Shown in pieces: positions 18,767-27,079 of a DNA stretch of 64,000 bases. Position numbers and translations under genes: made by a program. Origin of the DNA: Myxococcota bacterium (GTDB lineage: Bacteria > Myxococcota_A > Polyangia > Polyangiales > Sandaracinaceae); assembly GCA_036149055.1 (NCBI GenBank), contig JAYZQJ010000031.1, positions 1 to 64,000 on the forward strand, written 5' to 3'. The notes below the pieces were generated by a model that worked only from the letters and a program-made list of their open reading frames with translations, was not told the DNA's origin and made no database searches. Each line of letters begins with the position of its first letter. The stretch's first letter is position 1.

Positions 18767-18830
18767 GCGCGCATCATCGAAGAGCGCGCCCTCGACGTCG
18801 AGGGATTAAAAGCGAAGGCCCCCCAGCCGA

Positions 18831-18938
18831 CGGAGTCGGGAGGGGGGCCCCACGGGGGGAGGGTGGCAAGCCACGGAGTCGGGAGGGGGGCCCCATGGGG
18901 CTCGGCCCCATGGGGGGAGGGTTTGCCTCAAACCCTCC
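18831..18938. repeat. Family 1 palindromic element, one partial and one full copy, downstream of tssC
   Basis: Matches 60-125 in both arms; the internal hairpin sequence differs but stays paired (CCCCATGGGG-CTCGG-CCCCATGGGG). Confidence 0.75.
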
Positions 18939-18946
18939 GGCTAGCC

Positions 18947-20428
18947 TCAGTTCTTGTCCAGCTTACCCACGAGGGAGAGCGTGAAGCTCGCGCCCATGTA
19001 CTTGAAGTGGGGCCGGACCTTGAGACCGCAGCGGTACCAGCCGGGCTGCCCCTCGACGTCCTCGACCACGATCTGCGCGGCGCGGAGCGGCTTGCGGGAG
19101 CGGACGGCGGGAGCCGGGTTCTCCATGTCCACCACGTACTGGCGGATCCAGTTGTTGAGCTCGCGCTCGAGATCCGCGCGCTCCTTCCACGTCCCGATCT
19201 GCTCGCGCTGCATCACCTTCAGGTAGTGAGACAGGCGGGTGATGATGAACATGTAGGGGAGCTGGGTGCCGAGGCGGTAGTTGGTCTCCGCCTCCTTGCC
19301 CTCGGGCGTGTTGGCGAAGATCTTCGGCTTCTGCGCGCTGTTCGCGGAGAAGAACGCCGCGTTGTCGCTGTCCTTGCGGAACGTGAGGCCGATGAAGCCC
19401 TGCTCGCTCATCTCGTACTCGCGACGCTCGGTGAGCTGCACCTCGGTCGGGCACTTGGTCTGGATCTCGCCCATCGCCTCGTACTGGTGGAGCGGCAGGT
19501 TCTCCACCGCGCCGCCCGCCTGCGGGCCGATGATGTTCGGGCACCAGCGGTACTTGGCGAACGAGTCGGCCACGCGCGTCGCCATCGCGATCGCGGTGTG
19601 ACCCCAGAGGTACTTGTCGTGGTCCCCGACGACCTCCTCCTTGAAGTTGAAGGACTTCACGGGGATGGTGTCCGGGCCGTAGGGCAGCCGGAGGAGGAAG
19701 CGCGGCGCGCAGAGGCCGACGTAGCGGCTGTCCTCGCTCTCGCGGAAGCTGTGCCAGCGCGCGTACTGCGGGCCCTCGAAGAGGCTCTGCAGATCCTTGA
19801 GCTTCGGCAGCTCCTGGTAGCTCTCGCAGCCGAACATGTCGGGCGCGACGTTCGAGAGGAAGGGCGCGTGCGACATCGCCGAGACGCTGGCGATGTTCTG
19901 CAGGAGCTGCATGTCCTGCGGGCCCGGGCCGAACTCGTAGTTGCCGACGAGGCAGCCGAAGGGCTTGCCGCCGAAGGTGCCGTACTCGTTCGAGTAGACG
20001 TGCTTGTAGAGGCCCGACTTCACGATCTCCGGGCTGTCCTCGAAGTCCTCGAGGAGCTGCTCCTTGGAGACGTTGAGGATCGAGACCCGGACGTTCTCGC
20101 GGAAGTTGACGTTGTCGATGAGGTACTTGAGACCCCGCCACGTCGACTCGAGCTTCTGGAGCTGCGGGTGGTGGAGGATCGTGTTGATCTGCGCGCTCAT
20201 GCGCTGATCGATCTCGGAGATCATCGCGTCGACCACCGCCTTGTCCACGCGCTCGCCCTTGCGGGAGGGCGCGAGCATCTCGGTGATGAACGCCTGGATG
20301 CCGCGGCGCGCGACGTCGTACGTCTCGTCCTCCGGCTTGATCTTCGCTTCCGCGAGCATGCTCTCGAGGAGGCTCGCGTCCTCGGCGAGGGCCTCTGCGC
20401 CCTCCGCTGCAGTCTGTTCTTCAGCCAT
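18947..20428 (-). CDS. tssC: T6SS contractile sheath large subunit
   Basis: ILHHPQLQKLESTWRGL, EYGTFGG, FRESEDSRYVGL, RFLLRLPYG and HYLKVMQREQIG motifs. Confidence 0.97.
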   Translation of the reverse strand: MAEEQTAAEGAEALAEDASLLESMLAEAKIKPEDETYDVARRGIQAFITEMLAPSRKGERVDKAVVDAMISEIDQRMSAQINTILHHPQLQKLESTWRGLKYLIDNVNFRENVRVSILNVSKEQLLEDFEDSPEIVKSGLYKHVYSNEYGTFGGKPFGCLVGNYEFGPGPQDMQLLQNIASVSAMSHAPFLSNVAPDMFGCESYQELPKLKDLQSLFEGPQYARWHSFRESEDSRYVGLCAPRFLLRLPYGPDTIPVKSFNFKEEVVGDHDKYLWGHTAIAMATRVADSFAKYRWCPNIIGPQAGGAVENLPLHQYEAMGEIQTKCPTEVQLTERREYEMSEQGFIGLTFRKDSDNAAFFSANSAQKPKIFANTPEGKEAETNYRLGTQLPYMFIITRLSHYLKVMQREQIGTWKERADLERELNNWIRQYVVDMENPAPAVRSRKPLRAAQIVVEDVEGQPGWYRCGLKVRPHFKYMGASFTLSLVGKLDKN

Positions 20429-20454
20429 GTTCTTCTACCCCAACTCGTGAGTGC

Positions 20455-20958
20455 CTATTCGTCGCCGCCCTCGTCGTCACCCATGCCGAGCTCCTTCATG
20501 AGGCGCTCGCGGGCGGCGTCGTCCCCGAGGAGTCCCTGGATCTTCTTCCGGAACTTCGGGATGTTCCCGAGCGGGCCCTTGAGGGCCGTCAACGCGCTGC
20601 GCAGCTGCATGAGCTGCCGGAGCTCCGGCACCTGCTCGGCGATGCCCTCGGGGGTGAAGTCCTTCAAGCCGTTGAACTTGAGGCTCACCGCCATCTCGGA
20701 GCCATCATCGCCCGACAGCTTGTCGTCGACGGTGAGGTCGAGCGACAGGTTGTGCTCGGCCATCACCTCGTTGAAGTTGTCCTTGTCGATGTTGATCGGC
20801 TTGCGCTCTTCGAGGGGCGTCTCGTCCGGCTTCCCGGTGTAGTCGCCCATCATCATGAAGCGGAGCGGAAGCTCGACCTCTTCCTGCTGATCGCCGGTGG
20901 CCGGCTTGTAGGTGATGTTCACGCGCTCCTTGGGAGCGACCGAGCCCTCTTTACCCAT
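20455..20958 (-). CDS. tssB: T6SS contractile sheath small subunit
   Basis: SVAPKERVNITY, ELPL..MGDY, IDKDNF and DFTPE..QVPEL motifs; AGGAG RBS. Confidence 0.97.
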   Translation of the reverse strand: MGKEGSVAPKERVNITYKPATGDQQEEVELPLRFMMMGDYTGKPDETPLEERKPINIDKDNFNEVMAEHNLSLDLTVDDKLSGDDGSEMAVSLKFNGLKDFTPEGIAEQVPELRQLMQLRSALTALKGPLGNIPKFRKKIQGLLGDDAARERLMKELGMGDDEGGDE

Positions 20959-21100
20959 CGCTTTGCTCTCCTATCTCTGGTTCCAGAGTGCTTTCACGAA
21001 GGGCCCACGAACGAACCGTGAGAGGCCCCCCTCTCAGCTGAACCCGCAGTGTGCCCAACTCGCGAGCGTTCGTGAAGCCCCGTCTTCGTGGCAATTGATC

Positions 21101-23458
21101 TCAAACCGGCGCTTTCGCGGCTCCGAGCGGGTCGACCCGACACAGCCGCCGGTACACCAGCGCGGTCTGCTGCGCGATGACCGGGTCATTTGCCTTCTTC
21201 ATGGCCCTCAAGCAAGACAGGTGGCCGCGGTAACACTCCGCCGCGAGCTCCGGCTCCCACTGCTCGAGCCGCACCGCGTCGATCTCCGCCAGCAGGGCGT
21301 CGTAGATGCCCTCGGCCGCCGGCGCGGTGTTGCCGGAGGCGAGCGCCTGGGCCATCGCGAGGCGCGCCTTGAACCGCGCCCGCCCGCTGCGCGCCGAGTG
21401 CGAGAGCCCTTCGAGCGCGCCGAGCGCCTCGTCGACCTTGCCGCCGGCCGCGAGGCTGCGCGCCTTGCCGAGGATCTCCGCGCCCTCCCCCGCGTCCGCG
21501 CCGCCCCCGCCGCCGGCGAGCTCGTTGGCGATCCAGTCCTTGGTCAGGTCACTCGCGAACGGGAGGCCCCCGGCGAAGGACATGTCGAGCAGCTCGGGGA
21601 AGAGCTTCACCCAGAGCGCGGCGCCGGCCATGACCGCGTCGCGCGCGCCCGCGTACTCCTTGCCCATGTTGCCGAGCGCGAGCGCCGCGTAGCGATGCAT
21701 GTCGAGCCAGTAGCGCTTGCCGCCGAGGGTGATCTCCGCCTTCTTGAGCAGCCCCTCCCAGTCGCCGGCCGAGAGCTTCGCGTCGAAGTCCTTGACCACC
21801 ATGTCGGGCGGCGCCGGGACCTTGGTCTGGCCCCCCTCCGCCGGCGGCACGTTCGCCCCGAGCGCGAGGCCGACCCGCAGGAAGGTGTAGGACATCGGCT
21901 CGGCGAGCGACGCCTCGCGCAGCGCCTTCGACGCGTCGAGCAGCGACTTGCCGACGTCGGTGGCGAACTTCTTGATCTCCTTCGTGTCCGCGAGATCGGC
22001 GGGCGCGCTCGGGGCCGCGGGCGCGGGGGCGGCGGCGGCCGGCTTCGCGGCGGCGGGCGCGGGGCGCGGCGCGGCGGCGGGCTGAGCCTGCGGAGGCGGC
22101 GCCGCCGGCTTCGGCGCGGCGGGCTCGGGCACCGACATCTTCAGCCGCTGCACGTTGTCGAGCAGCGGGCGGATCGACGGCGCCGCGTCCTCGAACTTGT
22201 CGCGCACCACGTTGGCGAAGCGCTTGGACGCCTCCTCGAGCAGCTCGACCGCGTGGCGGTCCTTCGCGGTCAGCTTCTCGTCGGGGAGCGGGCCCTCCAC
22301 TCGGTCCAGCAGCCAGGAGAGCGCGTTGCTCCGGCCGCGGATGCGTCGCGCGGGCGGGTAGCAGTCCTCCCAGTACCGCTCGCAGATCTGCGAGATCACC
22401 TCGAGGCCGATGGCGAGGCCCTCGACCCGCTTCGTCTCCCAGAGGCCGAAGGCGAGGTAGGTGGCGATGAGCAGATCCTTCGAGGTGTTCTCGAGGATGG
22501 CGCCCGCGCGCTGGATGCCGTCGTCCCAGTCGAGGTTGCCGCCGGTCGGCGAGTCGAGCGCGGTGACGTCGTTGCGCAGCTCCTCGTGCGCCAGCTCGTA
22601 CTTCGCGTCGATGCCGACGGGGGAGTCGCCCGGGATGGGCTCGATCCACTTCGCCGCCTTCTCGGCGAGCTCCGCGCCGAGGTCCTTCTCCTTCGGCGCC
22701 TCGGCCTGGGCCGGGCTCGCGGGCGGGGCGGGCTCGGCCGCGGGAGGCGGCGCCTGCGCGGGAGCGGGGGTGGGCGCGGGACCGGCCGCGGGCACGGCTG
22801 CGGCCGGAGCGGCGGCGCCCGCGCCATTGTCCGGCACCGGAGGCGCGGCGTCGGGCGGGGGCGGAGGCTCGGTGTCGGACGCCGGGGCGTCGGCGCGCTC
22901 GGGGAGCGAGAGCTTCAGGCGCTCCACCGCGTCGGCCATCGGACGGACCGCGGGGGCCTGATCCTCGAAGCGCTCGCCCACCACCGAGCGGAGGCGCTTC
23001 ACCGCCGCGTCGAGCGCCTCGACCGCGTCGTGGTCGCCCGCGCCGACCTGCGTCTCGGGGAGCGAGACGTCGAGCTTCTCGGTCAGCCAGCTGATCGCGT
23101 TCACGCGGGCGCGGATCCGCCGGGCCGGCGGGTGCATCGCGTCCCAGTAGCGGTCCATCGACTCGGCGAGCAGGAACAGCCCCGCCGCGAGGCCCATCAG
23201 CCCCTCGGTCTGGTACAGGGCGTAAGCCGCGTAGCTCTCGATGAGCAGGTCCTTGCTCTTCGAGGTGGTGAGCGACTCGGCGCTCTTCACGATCTGATCC
23301 CAGTCGGGCATCCCGGTCGTCGCCGACTCGAGCTTCGCCGCCTCGTTCCGGATCTCCTCGTGAAGGGGCTCGTAGCGGGCGTCCTCGCCGGCCGGGCTCG
23401 CGTCCGACACGGGCGCGAGCCACGGCTCGATGCGTGCCTTCGCCACCGCTTCGCTCAT
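21101..23458 (-). CDS. tssA: T6SS protein TssA with two tandem ImpA_N domains
   Basis: PVS..SPAGEDARYE..SKDL..YWD..P pattern occurs twice, separated by Pro/Ala linkers; C-terminal WLDMHR and LEQWEP region. Confidence 0.9.
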   Translation of the reverse strand: MSEAVAKARIEPWLAPVSDASPAGEDARYEPLHEEIRNEAAKLESATTGMPDWDQIVKSAESLTTSKSKDLLIESYAAYALYQTEGLMGLAAGLFLLAESMDRYWDAMHPPARRIRARVNAISWLTEKLDVSLPETQVGAGDHDAVEALDAAVKRLRSVVGERFEDQAPAVRPMADAVERLKLSLPERADAPASDTEPPPPPDAAPPVPDNGAGAAAPAAAVPAAGPAPTPAPAQAPPPAAEPAPPASPAQAEAPKEKDLGAELAEKAAKWIEPIPGDSPVGIDAKYELAHEELRNDVTALDSPTGGNLDWDDGIQRAGAILENTSKDLLIATYLAFGLWETKRVEGLAIGLEVISQICERYWEDCYPPARRIRGRSNALSWLLDRVEGPLPDEKLTAKDRHAVELLEEASKRFANVVRDKFEDAAPSIRPLLDNVQRLKMSVPEPAAPKPAAPPPQAQPAAAPRPAPAAAKPAAAAPAPAAPSAPADLADTKEIKKFATDVGKSLLDASKALREASLAEPMSYTFLRVGLALGANVPPAEGGQTKVPAPPDMVVKDFDAKLSAGDWEGLLKKAEITLGGKRYWLDMHRYAALALGNMGKEYAGARDAVMAGAALWVKLFPELLDMSFAGGLPFASDLTKDWIANELAGGGGGADAGEGAEILGKARSLAAGGKVDEALGALEGLSHSARSGRARFKARLAMAQALASGNTAPAAEGIYDALLAEIDAVRLEQWEPELAAECYRGHLSCLRAMKKANDPVIAQQTALVYRRLCRVDPLGAAKAPV

Positions 23459-23514
23459 CTGCTCCGCCCTCCCCTGGCTGCTCGGTCCGAGTCAGCCGAT
23501 CGTGTCCATGCGGC

Positions 23515-24450
23515 TCAGCGCAGCGTGCCGGCGGCGGCGCGCTGCGCGAGCGTGTCCATCAACCCGCCGAGCGGGCTCGTCTCGTTCAGGCCCGAGAGCG
23601 TCGGGCCCAGCGTCTGCTTCGCCGCCTCGATGGCCTTCTCGCGCTCGGTGGTGAGCGGCCAGAGGCGCTGGTGCTCCATCTTCGGGTCGGAGAGGAGCTG
23701 CAGCGTGTTGAGCGGCGCCGGTCCGAGCGACAGGAGCAGCCGCGGCGCGGGGTCCTCGATCCAGAAGTAGGAAGGATGCGCCGGCGGGAAGCCGAAGACG
23801 CGCCGGGCGAGCTCCAGCCACACGAAGAGATCGACGTCGACGTGGACCGGGCAGTCGAGCAGGGTCGACGCCTTGCCCGGGTCGGTCTTGGCCGCGTCCT
23901 GACACGCCGTGAGGAAGGTCTGGTAGGCGTAGAGGTGCCCGCCGTCGCTCGCGCCGAAGAGCCGCGCGTGGACCTCGTCCGCGAGCGGGTGCGACAGCGT
24001 CTTCTGCGCGATCTCGCCAGCCCTCGACAGGTCGCCGGGCTGCGGGAGCGGCAAGTGCTCGTGCGCGTTCCGCAGCGCGTCGAGCTCCATCTCCCCGGCC
24101 TGCTGACCGAGCGCGACCGCCGCGTCGAGGAACGGGCTGTAGGCGATCGGCAGCGTCGAGAACGCCTCCGCCGCCTGGCTCGCCGGCGCGAGCGCGAAGA
24201 AGACGATGGGGAACTTGCGCCCCACGCCGTCCTGGCTCGGGATCAGCGCCGCGACCACCGTCTTGGCGGATCCGGGCGGCGTGAACACCACGCGGATCGG
24301 GTGGTCGGGCATCTCGCCGCCGGCGCCGCGGAGCGCGTCGTTCGACTCCTGCACCCACTGCTCGAAGCTGCGCGCGGCGTCGTCCGCGACGTTCTGCCGG
24401 ACGAAGTCGCCCTTGGCAGGAATCTTTCCGAAGAACCCCAGCTCCGCCAT
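23515..24450 (-). CDS. tagF: T6SS-associated protein TagF
   Basis: GFFGKIPAKGDFV and PSQDGVGRKFP motifs. Confidence 0.92.
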   Translation of the reverse strand: MAELGFFGKIPAKGDFVRQNVADDAARSFEQWVQESNDALRGAGGEMPDHPIRVVFTPPGSAKTVVAALIPSQDGVGRKFPIVFFALAPASQAAEAFSTLPIAYSPFLDAAVALGQQAGEMELDALRNAHEHLPLPQPGDLSRAGEIAQKTLSHPLADEVHARLFGASDGGHLYAYQTFLTACQDAAKTDPGKASTLLDCPVHVDVDLFVWLELARRVFGFPPAHPSYFWIEDPAPRLLLSLGPAPLNTLQLLSDPKMEHQRLWPLTTEREKAIEAAKQTLGPTLSGLNETSPLGGLMDTLAQRAAAGTLR

Positions 24451-24505
24451 CGAATCTCCAGGACGTGGGAACCGGGGGGATGAGACCCCAGAAGGGGCCC
24501 TCAGG

Positions 24506-24709
24506 TCAATCGTCTGACGCCCTGTCTCTCGGCTCTTCTTCGTCTTCGTCGCCGAGCAGCCGATCGATGGCGCCCGGGCCGGTCAGATCACGCCGCGTCT
24601 GGTCGAGCGCCTTGGCGGACGCGAGCAGGCGCTTCCCGACCACGGGACCCGCGAGGAGCATGATCGCGCCCCCGATGATCAGCATCTCCATCCAGCCCAG
24701 CCCGAACAC
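24506..24709 (-). CDS. Small TatA/TatB-like membrane peptide
   Basis: MFGLGWMEMLII N-terminus like TatA/B, but LLAGP replaces the usual FG hinge; TACGCT hexamer 6 nt upstream of the GTG. Confidence 0.5.
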   Translation of the reverse strand: MFGLGWMEMLIIGGAIMLLAGPVVGKRLLASAKALDQTRRDLTGPGAIDRLLGDEDEEEPRDRASDD

Positions 24710-24728
24710 GCGTCGAGCGTAGCAGCTC

Positions 24729-24887
24729 GCGCCGGAAATGCGCGGGATGGATCGGCGAGCGCGACGTCGCGTCCAGCGCGGCGGGCCGACGACGAAATGC
24801 TTCAGCGTTTCGGAGGAGCGACTGGCGCGCTGGGCGCGGCGTCCCGCCGGCGAGGCGCGCGCAGTCGTTTTCGCCGCGCGCTGCCAG
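24729..24887. repeat. Structured palindromic element, family 3 (about 150 bp, MITE/REP-like)
   Basis: Nested inverted repeats (GACGTCGCGTCCAGCGCG / CGCGCTGGGCGCGGCGTC and CGAAATGCT-TC-AGCGTTTCG); 73 nt shared with 26579-26651. Confidence 0.8.
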
Positions 24888-24927
24888 GAGCGTGCCCGTG
24901 CCGCGCGGTCTCCTGTAGGCTGGGGCG

Positions 24928-26235
24928 ATGCGACCCGCGCTCGTCGGCCTCCTCCTCGCGGGGTGCTACTGCTCGCACTCCGTCGAGCCCGACGACGCCG
25001 CGCCCCCGCCCGACGCCCCGGCGGAGGACGCCGCCCCGCCCGTCTTCGTCTCGGGCTGTGACGATCCAGCCCTCTGGTCGGCGGCGCTGCCCGAGGTCGA
25101 GGCCTGGTTCAGCGTGGGCGGCGAGCCCTGCACGCCGCCTCAGTACCCGCTGCACGTGGCGCGCCTGTTTTGGGACGCCACCGAAGGACCGTCACCGGAA
25201 GCGATCTCCCGGACGTGCTGGCGGGTGACCGCGGCGGCGGAGGGCTCTGGCTGGCGGGTGGGCGACGTCGTGTCTGGCGGCGGAGTGTCCGGCGGCGGGT
25301 CCTCCGGCGATCCCGGTGGCCAGGTCGCGATCGTCGGGTTCGAGCGGCCGGTCCGCTTCGAGGGGCGGCTGATCGGCGCCGACGGTCGCGCCGTCGTCGC
25401 GGTCCGCGAGGCAGAGGTCGCGCTCGCCCCGCTGCGCCGCGTCGCCGAGAGCGCGGACGTGCGCGCGATCGTGAACGAGCGACTGTGGGCCACCGCCGAC
25501 TCGATCGTGTCGAACGGTGAGCCCGAGCCGATCGGCCCCTTCGTGGACGTCACGGCGGCCCGCTGGCGCCTGTTCATCCTGCGGGGCGGCCCCGACGGCT
25601 GGACGCTCGACGCGGTCGGACGCGACGGGGCTGCGAGTGCCACGCCGCTCGGGGCGGCGGCCCGCGCGCGGCTCGCGCGCGGCGGGGCCGCGGTCGCGCT
25701 CGATGACGTCGTCTGGGCACGCCCCCTGGACGACGTGCACGAGGTCTCGCTGCCCGGGCCGCCCGACGAGCTGGTCGTCGTGTCCAGCAATGTGTGCGGA
25801 ACCCTCGCGGACGGGGGTCTGTTCTGTCACTCGACCCGGGCGAGCGAGACCCGGGTGTCGTCCCGCGGCTCCGGCCGCCTCGTGCAAGGAGACGGGGCGC
25901 CCTACCTCTTCGACGGCGAGACGTTTCACGGGATCGCCTTCCCCGGGGACGCGCCCGACCTCGACCCGGCGCGCTCGTTTCGTCCGGCGGCGGCGGACCT
26001 CGCGGCGATCGGAGCGCCGATCGCGATCTACGACGGCGTCGTGATCGGGACCGAGGGCTTCCTCGACGCGCGCCCCGACGACGGACGCCCCGGGCCCCGG
26101 GTCGCTCTCCTGGACGACGTCATGGCCGCCGGCACGATCACCGCCTGGGGCGCCGACGAGGCGACCTACGCCGTGCGCCACGACGACGGCACGAGCGCGA
26201 TCTACCGCGCGCCGTTCGAGAACTTCTGCGAGTAG
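24928..26235 (+). CDS. Hypothetical lipoprotein
   Basis: MRPALVGLLLAG-C lipobox; PDA linker; beta-rich remainder; TAGGCT hexamer 6 nt upstream. Confidence 0.7.
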   Translation: MRPALVGLLLAGCYCSHSVEPDDAAPPPDAPAEDAAPPVFVSGCDDPALWSAALPEVEAWFSVGGEPCTPPQYPLHVARLFWDATEGPSPEAISRTCWRVTAAAEGSGWRVGDVVSGGGVSGGGSSGDPGGQVAIVGFERPVRFEGRLIGADGRAVVAVREAEVALAPLRRVAESADVRAIVNERLWATADSIVSNGEPEPIGPFVDVTAARWRLFILRGGPDGWTLDAVGRDGAASATPLGAAARARLARGGAAVALDDVVWARPLDDVHEVSLPGPPDELVVVSSNVCGTLADGGLFCHSTRASETRVSSRGSGRLVQGDGAPYLFDGETFHGIAFPGDAPDLDPARSFRPAAADLAAIGAPIAIYDGVVIGTEGFLDARPDDGRPGPRVALLDDVMAAGTITAWGADEATYAVRHDDGTSAIYRAPFENFCE

Positions 26236-26237
26236 GC

Positions 26238-26849
26238 CTACAGCTCGCGGAACATGATGTGGTGGTCGACGCGCTCGCCGCTCGGGAGACGGAAGCCCCC
26301 GGGCACGGTGCCGAGCACGCGGAAGCCGAGCGAGCGCCAGAGCCGCACGGCGGCGTGGTTGGTGCTGACCACGATGTTGAACTGCATCGCCGCGTAGCCG
26401 AGGGCCCGCGCCCGCTCGAGCGAGGCCTCCCCCATCGCGCGGCCCAGGCCCAGCCCCCGCCGGTCGCCGCGCACCGCGTAGCTCGCGTTGGCCACGTGAG
26501 CGCCGGGCCCCGGGTGGTTCGGTCGAAGGACGAACATCCCGACCACCTCCATCCCGACCTCCCCCTCCAGCAGCGCGTGATGGATCGGCGAGCGCGACGT
26601 CGCGTCCAGCGCGGCGGGCCGCGCGCAGTCATTTTCGCCGCGCGCTGCCAGCCGCGCCACGAAGCCGTCGCCCCGCTCCGGCGGGCTCCAGTACGCCCAG
26701 AGCGCGTCGTCGGTGACGTCCGGGTCGTAGGCGTAGGTGTCGCCGCTCCGCACGAGGTCCCGCGCGATCGCCACCACCGCCTCGCGGTCTCCGGGCGCCG
26801 CCCGCCGGATCTCCGGCGCGGGCCGCCCGCTGTCGATGTCTTCGGTCAT
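26238..26849 (-). CDS. GNAT acetyltransferase with an in-frame repeat-derived insertion
   Basis: GDTYAYDP, LRPNHPGPGAHVANASY, RGLGLGR and QFNIVVSTNHAAVRLWRSLGF motifs. Confidence 0.88.
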   Translation of the reverse strand: MTEDIDSGRPAPEIRRAAPGDREAVVAIARDLVRSGDTYAYDPDVTDDALWAYWSPPERGDGFVARLAARGENDCARPAALDATSRSPIHHALLEGEVGMEVVGMFVLRPNHPGPGAHVANASYAVRGDRRGLGLGRAMGEASLERARALGYAAMQFNIVVSTNHAAVRLWRSLGFRVLGTVPGGFRLPSGERVDHHIMFREL

Positions 26850-26917
26850 GCGAGCAGCGAGCGTGGGGACGCCCCACCCGCGCGTCCAGCCCCGGTTCAG
26901 CGCCCCGCCCGCCCCTA

Positions 26918-27061
26918 CTCTGCGACTCTGCGCGAGACCAAGTCGCCACCGGAGCCTCCCCCAACGGAGAGGCAGTCAGCCGAGCGGTGGCGGGCGCCCG
27001 TCCCGCCGCCGCTCCGGCCCTTTGCGGCTAGGGGGCTGGCGCCTTGGCGCCTTTGCGAGAG
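26918..27061. repeat. Two family 2 REP-like cores
   Basis: CTCTGCGACTCTGCGCGAGAC (26918-26938) and CTGGCGCCTTGGCGCCTTTGCGAGAG (27036-27061). Confidence 0.7.
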
Positions 27062-27079
27062 CCAATTCGCCGGCCGAAG

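Noticed and set aside
17456..20842. 1128-aa plus-strand ORF
   Set aside because: Antisense shadow of the MFS, tssC and tssB genes, as expected in high-GC DNA.
24506..24709. Assigning the symbol tatA
   Set aside because: The FG hinge motif is missing and there is no tatC nearby, so it is kept as TatA-like only.
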